IMG/VR virus record: IMGVR_UViG_3300036781_000838 | Span: 1 to 64,000 of that record | Source: a virus | DNA length: 64,000 nt | Direction: 5' to 3' (one strand) | Part shown: positions 48,601 through 56,198 of the stretch, one piece after another | How positions within the stretch are numbered: the first letter of the stretch is position 1 | Layout: every line of letters begins with the position of its first letter | Position numbers and translations under genes: made by a program | Notes under the pieces: generated by a model | Seen by the model: only the letters and a program-made list of their open reading frames with translations | What the model was told of the DNA's origin: nothing | The model's database searches: none

Positions 48601-51600
48601 GCCAGGATTTTTCAGATCGCAAAGATATCATCGAAAAGAATGAGGATTATATCAATGCAACGATAAGTTCCCTTGAAACCAATATCAATATTCCCGACGC
48701 TTATGATGCAGAACTAAACTCATTTAAAACAGTCTACCACCGTATAGAGACTTACAACGGGCAACCTACGCAACCAGGAGGTTCCCCTGGAATAGCATCT
48801 GAAGCTACAACTGGGACGTCCGGTTCTGCGAGGAAGAAAGATATCTTGGATAGGGTTTTATCCGTAGCTGATACCCCAGAAAACTACCATATTTGGTCCA
48901 ACACCCGGGACGGACAGGATCGCCATCTGTTGGGAGAGCAAATACAATTTGCGATTAATCAATTGCTGTCTGTAGATCCTGCCAAACTAACCAAAGAGGG
49001 GATAGCTGATTATTTAAAAAATATTAAAGCCTTTCAGTCAAAGGATATTCTTGAAAAGGTCACGGGAATTCTCTTAAATCAGCAATTAGAAGAAGCGTCA
49101 ACGGACACTTCCGGTAATACCTACTCCCAAGCTCAGATAGATACGCTGATACAACAGGCTGTTACGACCGGTATTACTGATATTATAGATGAAAATGCAC
49201 GGCTGGCCCTTACGGATGACCCAAAAGTAAAAGAGGACATTGAGGCATTTAAAGCCTGGATGAAAGAACGGCTTCCCCAGGTCCCTGTTCACAAGGTGCT
49301 ACACCTGATCAATGGGCGTAACTGGGGACAGTTCATCAAGGGCGCTATTCAGATATTCCAAAATGCAGAGCAAGGAACAGGTTACCATGAGGCTTTTGAA
49401 GCGGTATGGAATGCCTACCTGACCACAGAGGAGCAGCAGGATCTGGCGGGAGAGTTCAGAGAGCGGGTTGGGGCCTTTACTAATCCCTTTTCAAAAGCTA
49501 CGAAAAGTCATACCGAAGCATCTATGTATGATGTGCGGGAGATGCTAGCGGAAGAATTCAAGGATTATGTTGCTAAGGATCAACCTATAGTTCGGCCAAA
49601 TTCGCCAGTTCGCAATACGATTTTCAGGCGCCTGTGGAATTTTATCAAGCGCATGTTGGGGCTAACTGTCAATGATAACCAGGCATTTAATTCAAAAATC
49701 AACCATCTTTTCAATAAAATTGATACTGGAGACTATGCTGACGCTATCCCGATCACTACATCCAGTGAACCTTCTTACCGGGCTTTGGAGGGGAATACGG
49801 TTGAATTTACCCAGGCTGTTATGGAAGGGGTATCAGCTATATTCTTTTCAAAACTATATGCCTCCCAAAACAACATTGAGGCGCTGTTTAGCAAGGGAAG
49901 TAATGCTAAACTCTTTAATGAGTTATATGAGGGGACCAGGGGAACCCTGGAGCAGTACTTTAATGCCCCCATTAACAGTATAGTAAAAGTATTGACAGAA
50001 AAGGGAATTACCCATGATAAGATAGCGGCTGAAGTGCTTAAATACACCAATGGCTCAGATTACCGTCAAAAAAAGTCAGTACTGGACCGTTTTAACGGAG
50101 AAGTGCTGACCGAATTCAAAAAGTTTATTGGGCAATTTGGCTTGCAATTTAAAGAGGTGAACAATGAAGAAGGTGTAAATGACGAGCGGGGAGAGGATAA
50201 TATCAACGAGATTGAGGATAAGGAACAAACAGCTACAAATGCCCTGGGCATACGCGAGTCTATCTACGTTGATCCGCGGAATATGACAAAAAGCACTGTT
50301 CGGCTGCTGATTGCTTCTCTTACTGCGGATGAATACAAACCCAACAGCAACCAGGTTCAAATAAAGAAAAATGGCTTGGGACTGCCCACGTTAGAAGATT
50401 ATGGGCGGAAAATTAATATACTGCTCAATGAGTTGCATGGTGTTGTTCCGGTATATGAAAAGGGGAAACGAGTTGAAGCCATAGATCTGATGTTCAGGAA
50501 GCTGGACGAGCGATTTAAAAATACAGACGGCAGGTTTAAGAAGGGGTTTGAGTGGATACAAAAACTGAAGTCCCGGCTGAAGTTTGAATTAAATGGTCAA
50601 AAACTGTCTTTTGAGCACTTGACGGAGGATGAGATCCGGTTGTTAATAGCATTTGAATCTTCGTTTACCAACAACAAAAACCTTCCTTTTAAGATACTGA
50701 TTGGGGAAGGCGGCTATCTTACGGCTGTAGATCCGGTGGTGGTTACCAACGCAGCCAAAGTAAAAGAACACTGGCAAAACAGCCTGAAGAGTACGTCCAG
50801 ACAACTTAAGTCCAACGAGGACCTGGCGAAAGCTCCATTGACCTATATAGGCGCCGATGGTAAAATAATGTTTAATACCCGGTCAGAATCCATGGTCCGA
50901 TTACTTTCAGCCTCTACTAATCAGACCAAGCTCGATGGTTTAAAAAAAATGGGCATCAACTTCACCCAATCTGACGCGGAATTATTAAACTCGCCCGATA
51001 TCACCAAAGCGATTGCTGAGTCTTTTAACGGGATAAGCTATGCGTTCAGGGAGGGGCTAATCAGCGGATTTGATGATCTCTTTGGAAAACAGGTTGTCAA
51101 TGGTCCCATTTCTTCCCTTCTGGCTATTGAACTGGACGCAACTGCTGAGGACAATATTTTATCACACCAGAATGCGGCCGGGAAGCAACAGTTCTCCATT
51201 ACCCTCCCTTCAGCAGTATCGAATACAATCAACTCCTTAAAGGGAGTAGATAATATTTCCGACTTTATTTTATCAAACCCCCAGTATGGCTCCGTCTCGG
51301 CAAACGGTGAGATTCTGCTAAATCCCTACCAGGCGAATAGTCAATTGCTGAAAACGGACGGGATTTTATTCGATAAAAACGGTAAAAAGAAGCGGGATAT
51401 CGACTACCAGTTCATTCTTGGAATGTCCTTACTCACGGACAATGAAGGGGACAATACAGACGATCTGAAATACCCGGATAAAATTGTCCAGGAGATATAC
51501 CACCTGCTGAATGGAACCTATTATACAGTGATCAATTCTGACAAGAGTAGTGAATTCGGGTTAAACATGGGTCATTTTATTTCCTGGCAGGACATCAAAA

Positions 51601-54600
51601 AGCCAATTGGAGATAATCTATTTATAACCGGGGCGTATAAGAATGCAATGGTCGATGAAATAAAGGCGGCGCTCTTTGAAGCGCACAACCCGGCCGGCAT
51701 TCAATATTACTCCGATGGAGTAACATCCATGGGCCATTTCAGGGACATATTGAATTTTATCCCAAAAGAGAATAAAAGTAATAAATATTCCCTCCTGCAA
51801 AAGGACTTTATCTCCCGGGTAATGATGGGAAAAGAATCTCCAGAAGATTTTGTCAACAGATCTCAGGTGGAAGCATTACTAACGGACTACCTGAAAAACC
51901 AGGTGGATACGCATAAAAAATACCTCGTCGATCTGGGTATTGTCAACGAAGAACCTGTTAGTGCCGGCATTACAAACTATTCTACAAATGCCTTTAGTCA
52001 AGAGCAATTGGACAAATTGGGAGTTGGGGATGCCCGAAAAATGTCAGAGGTAGAGTATACGAACCTGGTCAAGTTTATGACCATTAACCGGCAAATCGGT
52101 GTTTTTGAACAGCACAAATTATTATACGGTCACCCCGCTCTTTATAAGGACCTGGCCAAGCGCTCCAACGGGATCAATTCTCAAAAGGAACTGATGACCG
52201 AAAACAGGCAAATACTTACCTGGATGGATAAGCACATGGGCCGATTGGATGGTAAAATCAGGGGGGACCAGGAGGCGTCCACCATCAGGTTTGTATCATA
52301 TAAGGATCCGGTAGTCATATCGCTATACCATAAGGATATAGCTAAGGGAATGTACGATTCCCTGATAAAAGAGCTGCCAAAGCATACCGTTGAACAGTTG
52401 ATCGGAGCAACATTCGATGACAAAGGCGCCGTGGGAACAGTGGAAGGAGGGAAGGGGACCTATATAGATGCCTATATCAATGCCAATGAACCGGACGGCC
52501 AGGCATATGTGATGATGGATTTTTTCCGTGATATGCTGTTTCAATCCGGCAAATTGAGTAAAGAGCAGTCAGCACTATGGGAATATGAAAGGGCAGTAGA
52601 GATCAATGACCGGAGCAATCCTAAAAGTGACTATTATAAGGAATATACAAAACAAGATATCGACCAGGCGAGGGCGCTGCTGCAGGGAGAGAAGCCCAAT
52701 GGCGTACTACAGACATTAAAACCGCAAGGATTTGGATATCAGACCACCGAAGGCATTACGCATACCACGTTTTTAAAGCACTCTGTTTTTCCGCTTACCT
52801 GGACCCGTGTAAGGGATCAGCCTAATATGGCAAAATTGTACATCAGTTCTCAGGGTAATAAGATTGATGTCATTGGCTTCGAGTCAGGAGAAAAAGTAGG
52901 AAATGTGCTTCAAAATGGCGGCTTTGTGCAGCTGTACGGAGAGGACGGAACCTTTAACAGTGATCAGTTGCCAATACAGGAAATGTATTCCAAATATTAC
53001 GGCATACAGGTGGAAATGGCTGCAAAGACCAAAGAGAAGGTAGTTATGGGCACGCAGATGCGCAAATTGATTTTGTCCAACCTGCCGGAAGAACTTAGAC
53101 CTGTAGCTGATCAATATTTCAAGGTGTTGGAGGATCTGATGGCCCTCGACAAGAAATCACTACTACATGAAGTCGGGTTAACAAGATTGCCGGATGGTAG
53201 TTACCAAACCGATAACCTGGAGGGACTTGTCAATACCCTTCGTCAGGAGGCTATTTCAAGGGAACTGCCGGATAATGTCATTGATATGCTCTCCGCGGTA
53301 AAGACCGAGGCCGGCGACCGGTTAGCATATAAATTTGATGCTAATCCCATCCGCGAGAAGATTGACAATATTCTCAACGCAATTGTAGACTCAAGGGTCA
53401 TTTCCCAAAAAATGTTTGGTAAAGCCTCCGTCCAGGTTGCGTCCACCCTGTGGGAGAAAAATCCCAGGAGTTTTATGTACCTCAAGGAAGGTATATGGAC
53501 TTCGACCGAAGGAATAGAAAAGGGTAGCCTTACCGCCGAAGAGCAAAAATCAGTACGGATGATATCCTCCGACCTGAAATTCTATACCCGGGAAGAACCT
53601 TGGATGGAAGTATTGCTTCCCCATTATTTCGAGGGGATGCTGCCAACAGATATCAATCTCGCCGATATCGATCCCCGGCTGCTCGCTGCCATCGGATTTC
53701 GTATTCCGACGCAAGGGATGAATTCGATTGATAATATCCGCATAAAGGGCTTTCTTGATCCGTCTATGGGTGATGTCGTGGTAGTGCCTTCTGAAATAGT
53801 AGGTAAATCAGGTTCTGACTTTGATATCGATAAATTAAATATCTATTTGCCCAATTACACCATTGAAACAGTTAATGGTAAAAAATCCATAAAGTATGTG
53901 GATCCAGCCGGGTCCACCAAGGAAGCCCTTCAAAACCGGTTAATACAGCTCATGGGCCAGATCCTGTCTCATCCGGACAATTACCGGCAGCTCATCGTAC
54001 CCAATGGAGCCGAAACCCTTAAAGGACTGGCGGACGAAATCAGGAGACTCAAGGGTCTTGATAAAGAAGGCGCCGGTCTAACCAGGTTAAGTGAGTGGAA
54101 AACGATGGTCGAAACTCGGGAGCGTTACATCAGCGGAAAGAAACTGGTGGGGATTGGCGCACTCCAGATTACATCACATACCGTTAGCCAGTTGGCGGGG
54201 ATACAATTAACCGGGACCTATAAAGCCCGGGATGGCCAGGAGCTACCCATTAAAATAAAGTTTGATCACAACTCAGAGGCGGGTAAGTTCTACCTGACCG
54301 CGGTGATGGATAAAGGCAACCAGTACATCTCTGAATTGCTGTCGGAGGCGCTTACCGGGTTTGTAGATGCAGCCAAGGACCCGTTTATATTTGACCTGAA
54401 TTTAAATCTGCAGACCGCAGCTACCTGGTTCTATCTGCAAAAATTGGGCGTTCCTGTCAAGGAGCTGGCGTATCTACATACTCAGCCATTAATTGAGCAA
54501 TACTTTGCTGAACAAGGGAAGAATGAATCCTACGTGAACAAGGCCAACGATACTGAATTGGTTAAAGAAATGGTCATCTTTAAGGTGGCAGATCCCTATT

Positions 54601-56189
54601 TCCAGAAGGCGTTTGATACCCCCAAAAGTCTATATCAACTCGGTCAACCTGATTCTAATGGCAAATGGAGAACCAGAAAGGAGTATTTCAAGCTTAAGGA
54701 GGAGTTGTTGTCAAAAGTTAACCGGTACCGTGGGGCAGTAGAAAAATATGCGGAGACGGATTTAAGGAATAATATTCAAACTCAGAACAAGGCCGGTTAT
54801 CGGTTAACAAAAGAGGATGCGCTAAAACAGTTGGCCTTACTATACGATTACCTGGATTACCAGCAACAAGCAGGCTACCTGAGTAATTTTATCAATGCCA
54901 TATCATATGATACTGCTAAGACAAAAAACATCATTGAGAACAGGATACAGGATTCTACACTACAGTCTGCTTACAACGATAATTTTGTCACCCGGGATAG
55001 TATCAACCGCGTGTTCAGTACAACTTTCTTAGGGGCTGTCAAAGACCAGAAGCAGGATATAGCCAATATGTTCAAGGACTTTTTTGTAAGTCTCCATCCC
55101 AATGCACAACCAGCGTTTGAAAAGGTTATTGACTTAATTAATAACCCGGCCCTCAATATGACCAAAGATAAGAAAGCCGAAGTGCTGAACCGGTACCAAA
55201 ACTTCTTTATCACCTCCCTGTTGCATACCGTTAAATTCAAGGCTGGGACCGATGAAAGGTCCCTCAATGAATGGTATGGTATGTTCTTTGGCGATCGCTC
55301 CCTTCCAAAGCAGCTAAAGGAGTTCCAGGATAACCCGCGATATAAGAACAACCTTGCCCTAAAACAACTTTTCCCCCTTATCAATAGCGACAAGAATGCT
55401 ACTGATAATATTAAGCTATTTAATAATAGACTATCCAGTTATGAGATCAATGTAATCTCTGAAGCATTAATGAATTTAAAGCAACAGGCGGAAGCAGAAA
55501 ATAATGCGGAACTGGGAAAATTTGTAGGAAGACTTGGGGTGTTTTCCATCTTACAATCGGGAGTTCAGGCCAGCCCTATCACATACACGAAGATTTTACC
55601 CATCGAAATATACTCAAAAACGGTGGGAGATATCCTGGATCGGTTTACCGGGCAGGATATAGATAACCTGGACCCTACGCTAATGTGGAAACAGTTCTTC
55701 CAGAACAATTGGTACAATAGTCAATTGGTTCCACGAGTTAAAAAGTTCTCTCATGAACGCAACGGTCTGATTTCTATCTCAGGAAATTTTAGGACTGCCA
55801 ATTATGATTACGTGTCTACCCGGGAACTGAAGCCAGAATATGCAGGGAAAGTAAATGAGAAAAGAGAAGACCTGGTCAAACAAAAACGTTGGGATGATTT
55901 ATACAATTATGGGCTTTTTGAGCGGATCCCGATAAAAGATGAAAACGGGAGTGATTTAACCGATGATCAGCCGGTAGTCTATTATAGACCAATTAACCGC
56001 CTGGGTAACAGGATGAGTATGACAGAAACTTACGGACTAAATAAAGAGTCAATACTTCCCAAAAATGAGCCCTTCGATGAGAGCCAGTATGAGGAAGCGG
56101 TTGAACAAATTCAAAATAAGACCACAGATACCAATAAACCAAAGGACGAACAAGAGGATATGCCTTGCGAAGGCGGCACACCTTTTTAA
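42621..56189 (+). CDS. giant virion-packaged RNA polymerase polyprotein (crAss-type double-psi beta-barrel RNAP) with zincin-like domain
   Basis: 4522 aa, GTG start; 'DGQAY', 'LKPQ', 'KHSVFPL', 'FESGEKVG', 'GTQMRKL', 'GFRIPTQ', catalytic 'GSDFDIDKL' (DFDID at nt 53817-53831); 'YHEAFE...EMLAEEF'. Confidence 0.92.
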   Translation: MPDFHSLYNPDLSSAPVQIAPPDLHPVQDPFQGYNPDNGINHVDAALSTLDKNLFKPTTDRILQPVGYDADALNADRYRKSDYFGQLGFNPFSNNEERYGDRQSNFNKLGSAFGGAWQLIKNQFVEQAGSWGDTLNFFKDNKSAFEESDFDEINKHQRELFTDHAIFETAAQRDSIWNFNTIANTIQQSGYAVGAISEIAAEELALSLLTAATFGGTSELQVARSAKLAASVGGVLRKTEQLGEALNTASRLRKVFETVNKVNPLLDNTLEFAANLKNISRAENIAAGGSKLGNLRTAARGFGAFYRDVREFNAAVAEAKSEAASSYQDLKSVLTTQYKKDHDGNDPVGTDAQKIQDTAMGAAQTNGVSNTYLIMLSNKIGMGNIMGGFKGLKDLEESAESGILRFSEKQAAKTGVKLADAASNKWLAFKQNLLRTPFSYLKTNLDEALQENLQDVSHDAIQNYYQAKYNDNKGEPVKSIADYITAAAANQFHVQGAKTFISGFLTGAIIGPGEYAIEKSGNIKQYLTDKTGYQQRQAEVKQSRNEIIDAGNKIWKNPLNFDYKTGDVTLQANFNTILKQAAQTNNKEAFYDIKDDALRHFILTGIRSGALDSFNNRLKSYTKNLSPEEFTTAFGIEYNEKNQGAVVNQVNAFGERASEIKELHENISADLKNPFNPFRFTPGERIIGNPQYVKEALSYKAWNDAVDNYVFTKSYYQDTIRGQANILSSFRNKAGFKDANFNDIYLLTSKEHLNAEIDNLQKEVKNLQPDKGDAGARTLNTQKRDRLAVLEKYKGHLEKWSESFDKHSTLPVGDQRTNAFNESFDAFKQQTAPLFGEFINNELKATDKAQISKDNVLKGFDSLHNYMKLQKQSGIILDKVNLLADPGNFSKFFAEHDKAIKGAYDFSTAVQEATGPADTATVHFKDEKGNDQSHTFTVGETYVGKMSQLEKYRGKGKTATQFNNDKIKIAAISADGKTISIALNGEPAVDMDAEEVAKLARDHNWKEYSKLSPIQQTYLSLRNKIITYRLLQRDSKGLPVKDAKGQYVPQDVKGRVKLNEKKDGLLFAYGNNTIEFNPKYVVNQQDLSELPTVQQQALKEQQDRIQRNFKAQVSIFEEAFKDTESKLEEQKALTRANQEEFTKTTEDLGDLKAHLDLVIGELEKNPYKGIGRRSNENKALTELKELLSKQIGEKNLYLQRLTQEQEVLQQSYETLKKANDLYAQAFFELQENETPFDKGNQQNIYDSTQGDLTEAAGEQVNKRLSDEQIDALIEDTRAEVELIQERIVVVHDLVTTAEKALRKIEKFDDIIKAVSEITDKRQLITYLSTLKGQSDDPEKRSILSALIKGLNKGDLGFEAQFILEKAAILKDSRKELADLLENAAQVQDKYDRLTLAREQRAKINILQQRVNYLKQVQDAISTGYGKIVAKQSLTRQAHLTKAKTAGIAQELHDFGDIMSTSPVIVSTESPFFDDIHKPRLDQVGLFKTADRHYLKDTDPEPTSPQAARFFKFSENVTPNGAYYFQVVHEGNDAYGIRVPGIYKDDIKVIVVKKDGIVYKPVGVDGIYLDAPHKDNLVYTSIHGNEQLLDKSPTEALTWVKENFATKSMTDEDIINKINEFKTFRQVIKDKIAHGQPVYLTITDKSIGIQSREPLDVNTKRPQELPLEGRLIAPDNSDWVHIKHPDGTPIHLEVSTTGSVLNKKVKAGRIALVKDDGSIFQVYNRQLNGAEKANIIGIIKMIAPLMGRRYLDKERLAEIDSLAKAGKISPDQAIHLSNPLTESEQDRFDKAINYLMGVVYWRQAKEGETVGKDQFRVAKGMLYRGEMAVAFNPEEIEKNKDALMEGLYHQVNNKKVGDTANVFYEMTVREEQVAEKKWDNYPHYLLDGSAGRVPPIYTNVKPFVSKTDVSSTQLRSVYLTYGFNAEFTAAPVENSKSDQNSGETRVFTDPLAIPKEQGAQIAFVRKKIDKTTDLNVIAQWDGTRFKVVKLIDQNGQDFSDRKDIIEKNEDYINATISSLETNINIPDAYDAELNSFKTVYHRIETYNGQPTQPGGSPGIASEATTGTSGSARKKDILDRVLSVADTPENYHIWSNTRDGQDRHLLGEQIQFAINQLLSVDPAKLTKEGIADYLKNIKAFQSKDILEKVTGILLNQQLEEASTDTSGNTYSQAQIDTLIQQAVTTGITDIIDENARLALTDDPKVKEDIEAFKAWMKERLPQVPVHKVLHLINGRNWGQFIKGAIQIFQNAEQGTGYHEAFEAVWNAYLTTEEQQDLAGEFRERVGAFTNPFSKATKSHTEASMYDVREMLAEEFKDYVAKDQPIVRPNSPVRNTIFRRLWNFIKRMLGLTVNDNQAFNSKINHLFNKIDTGDYADAIPITTSSEPSYRALEGNTVEFTQAVMEGVSAIFFSKLYASQNNIEALFSKGSNAKLFNELYEGTRGTLEQYFNAPINSIVKVLTEKGITHDKIAAEVLKYTNGSDYRQKKSVLDRFNGEVLTEFKKFIGQFGLQFKEVNNEEGVNDERGEDNINEIEDKEQTATNALGIRESIYVDPRNMTKSTVRLLIASLTADEYKPNSNQVQIKKNGLGLPTLEDYGRKINILLNELHGVVPVYEKGKRVEAIDLMFRKLDERFKNTDGRFKKGFEWIQKLKSRLKFELNGQKLSFEHLTEDEIRLLIAFESSFTNNKNLPFKILIGEGGYLTAVDPVVVTNAAKVKEHWQNSLKSTSRQLKSNEDLAKAPLTYIGADGKIMFNTRSESMVRLLSASTNQTKLDGLKKMGINFTQSDAELLNSPDITKAIAESFNGISYAFREGLISGFDDLFGKQVVNGPISSLLAIELDATAEDNILSHQNAAGKQQFSITLPSAVSNTINSLKGVDNISDFILSNPQYGSVSANGEILLNPYQANSQLLKTDGILFDKNGKKKRDIDYQFILGMSLLTDNEGDNTDDLKYPDKIVQEIYHLLNGTYYTVINSDKSSEFGLNMGHFISWQDIKKPIGDNLFITGAYKNAMVDEIKAALFEAHNPAGIQYYSDGVTSMGHFRDILNFIPKENKSNKYSLLQKDFISRVMMGKESPEDFVNRSQVEALLTDYLKNQVDTHKKYLVDLGIVNEEPVSAGITNYSTNAFSQEQLDKLGVGDARKMSEVEYTNLVKFMTINRQIGVFEQHKLLYGHPALYKDLAKRSNGINSQKELMTENRQILTWMDKHMGRLDGKIRGDQEASTIRFVSYKDPVVISLYHKDIAKGMYDSLIKELPKHTVEQLIGATFDDKGAVGTVEGGKGTYIDAYINANEPDGQAYVMMDFFRDMLFQSGKLSKEQSALWEYERAVEINDRSNPKSDYYKEYTKQDIDQARALLQGEKPNGVLQTLKPQGFGYQTTEGITHTTFLKHSVFPLTWTRVRDQPNMAKLYISSQGNKIDVIGFESGEKVGNVLQNGGFVQLYGEDGTFNSDQLPIQEMYSKYYGIQVEMAAKTKEKVVMGTQMRKLILSNLPEELRPVADQYFKVLEDLMALDKKSLLHEVGLTRLPDGSYQTDNLEGLVNTLRQEAISRELPDNVIDMLSAVKTEAGDRLAYKFDANPIREKIDNILNAIVDSRVISQKMFGKASVQVASTLWEKNPRSFMYLKEGIWTSTEGIEKGSLTAEEQKSVRMISSDLKFYTREEPWMEVLLPHYFEGMLPTDINLADIDPRLLAAIGFRIPTQGMNSIDNIRIKGFLDPSMGDVVVVPSEIVGKSGSDFDIDKLNIYLPNYTIETVNGKKSIKYVDPAGSTKEALQNRLIQLMGQILSHPDNYRQLIVPNGAETLKGLADEIRRLKGLDKEGAGLTRLSEWKTMVETRERYISGKKLVGIGALQITSHTVSQLAGIQLTGTYKARDGQELPIKIKFDHNSEAGKFYLTAVMDKGNQYISELLSEALTGFVDAAKDPFIFDLNLNLQTAATWFYLQKLGVPVKELAYLHTQPLIEQYFAEQGKNESYVNKANDTELVKEMVIFKVADPYFQKAFDTPKSLYQLGQPDSNGKWRTRKEYFKLKEELLSKVNRYRGAVEKYAETDLRNNIQTQNKAGYRLTKEDALKQLALLYDYLDYQQQAGYLSNFINAISYDTAKTKNIIENRIQDSTLQSAYNDNFVTRDSINRVFSTTFLGAVKDQKQDIANMFKDFFVSLHPNAQPAFEKVIDLINNPALNMTKDKKAEVLNRYQNFFITSLLHTVKFKAGTDERSLNEWYGMFFGDRSLPKQLKEFQDNPRYKNNLALKQLFPLINSDKNATDNIKLFNNRLSSYEINVISEALMNLKQQAEAENNAELGKFVGRLGVFSILQSGVQASPITYTKILPIEIYSKTVGDILDRFTGQDIDNLDPTLMWKQFFQNNWYNSQLVPRVKKFSHERNGLISISGNFRTANYDYVSTRELKPEYAGKVNEKREDLVKQKRWDDLYNYGLFERIPIKDENGSDLTDDQPVVYYRPINRLGNRMSMTETYGLNKESILPKNEPFDESQYEEAVEQIQNKTTDTNKPKDEQEDMPCEGGTPF

Positions 56190-56198
56190 TACCAACCT

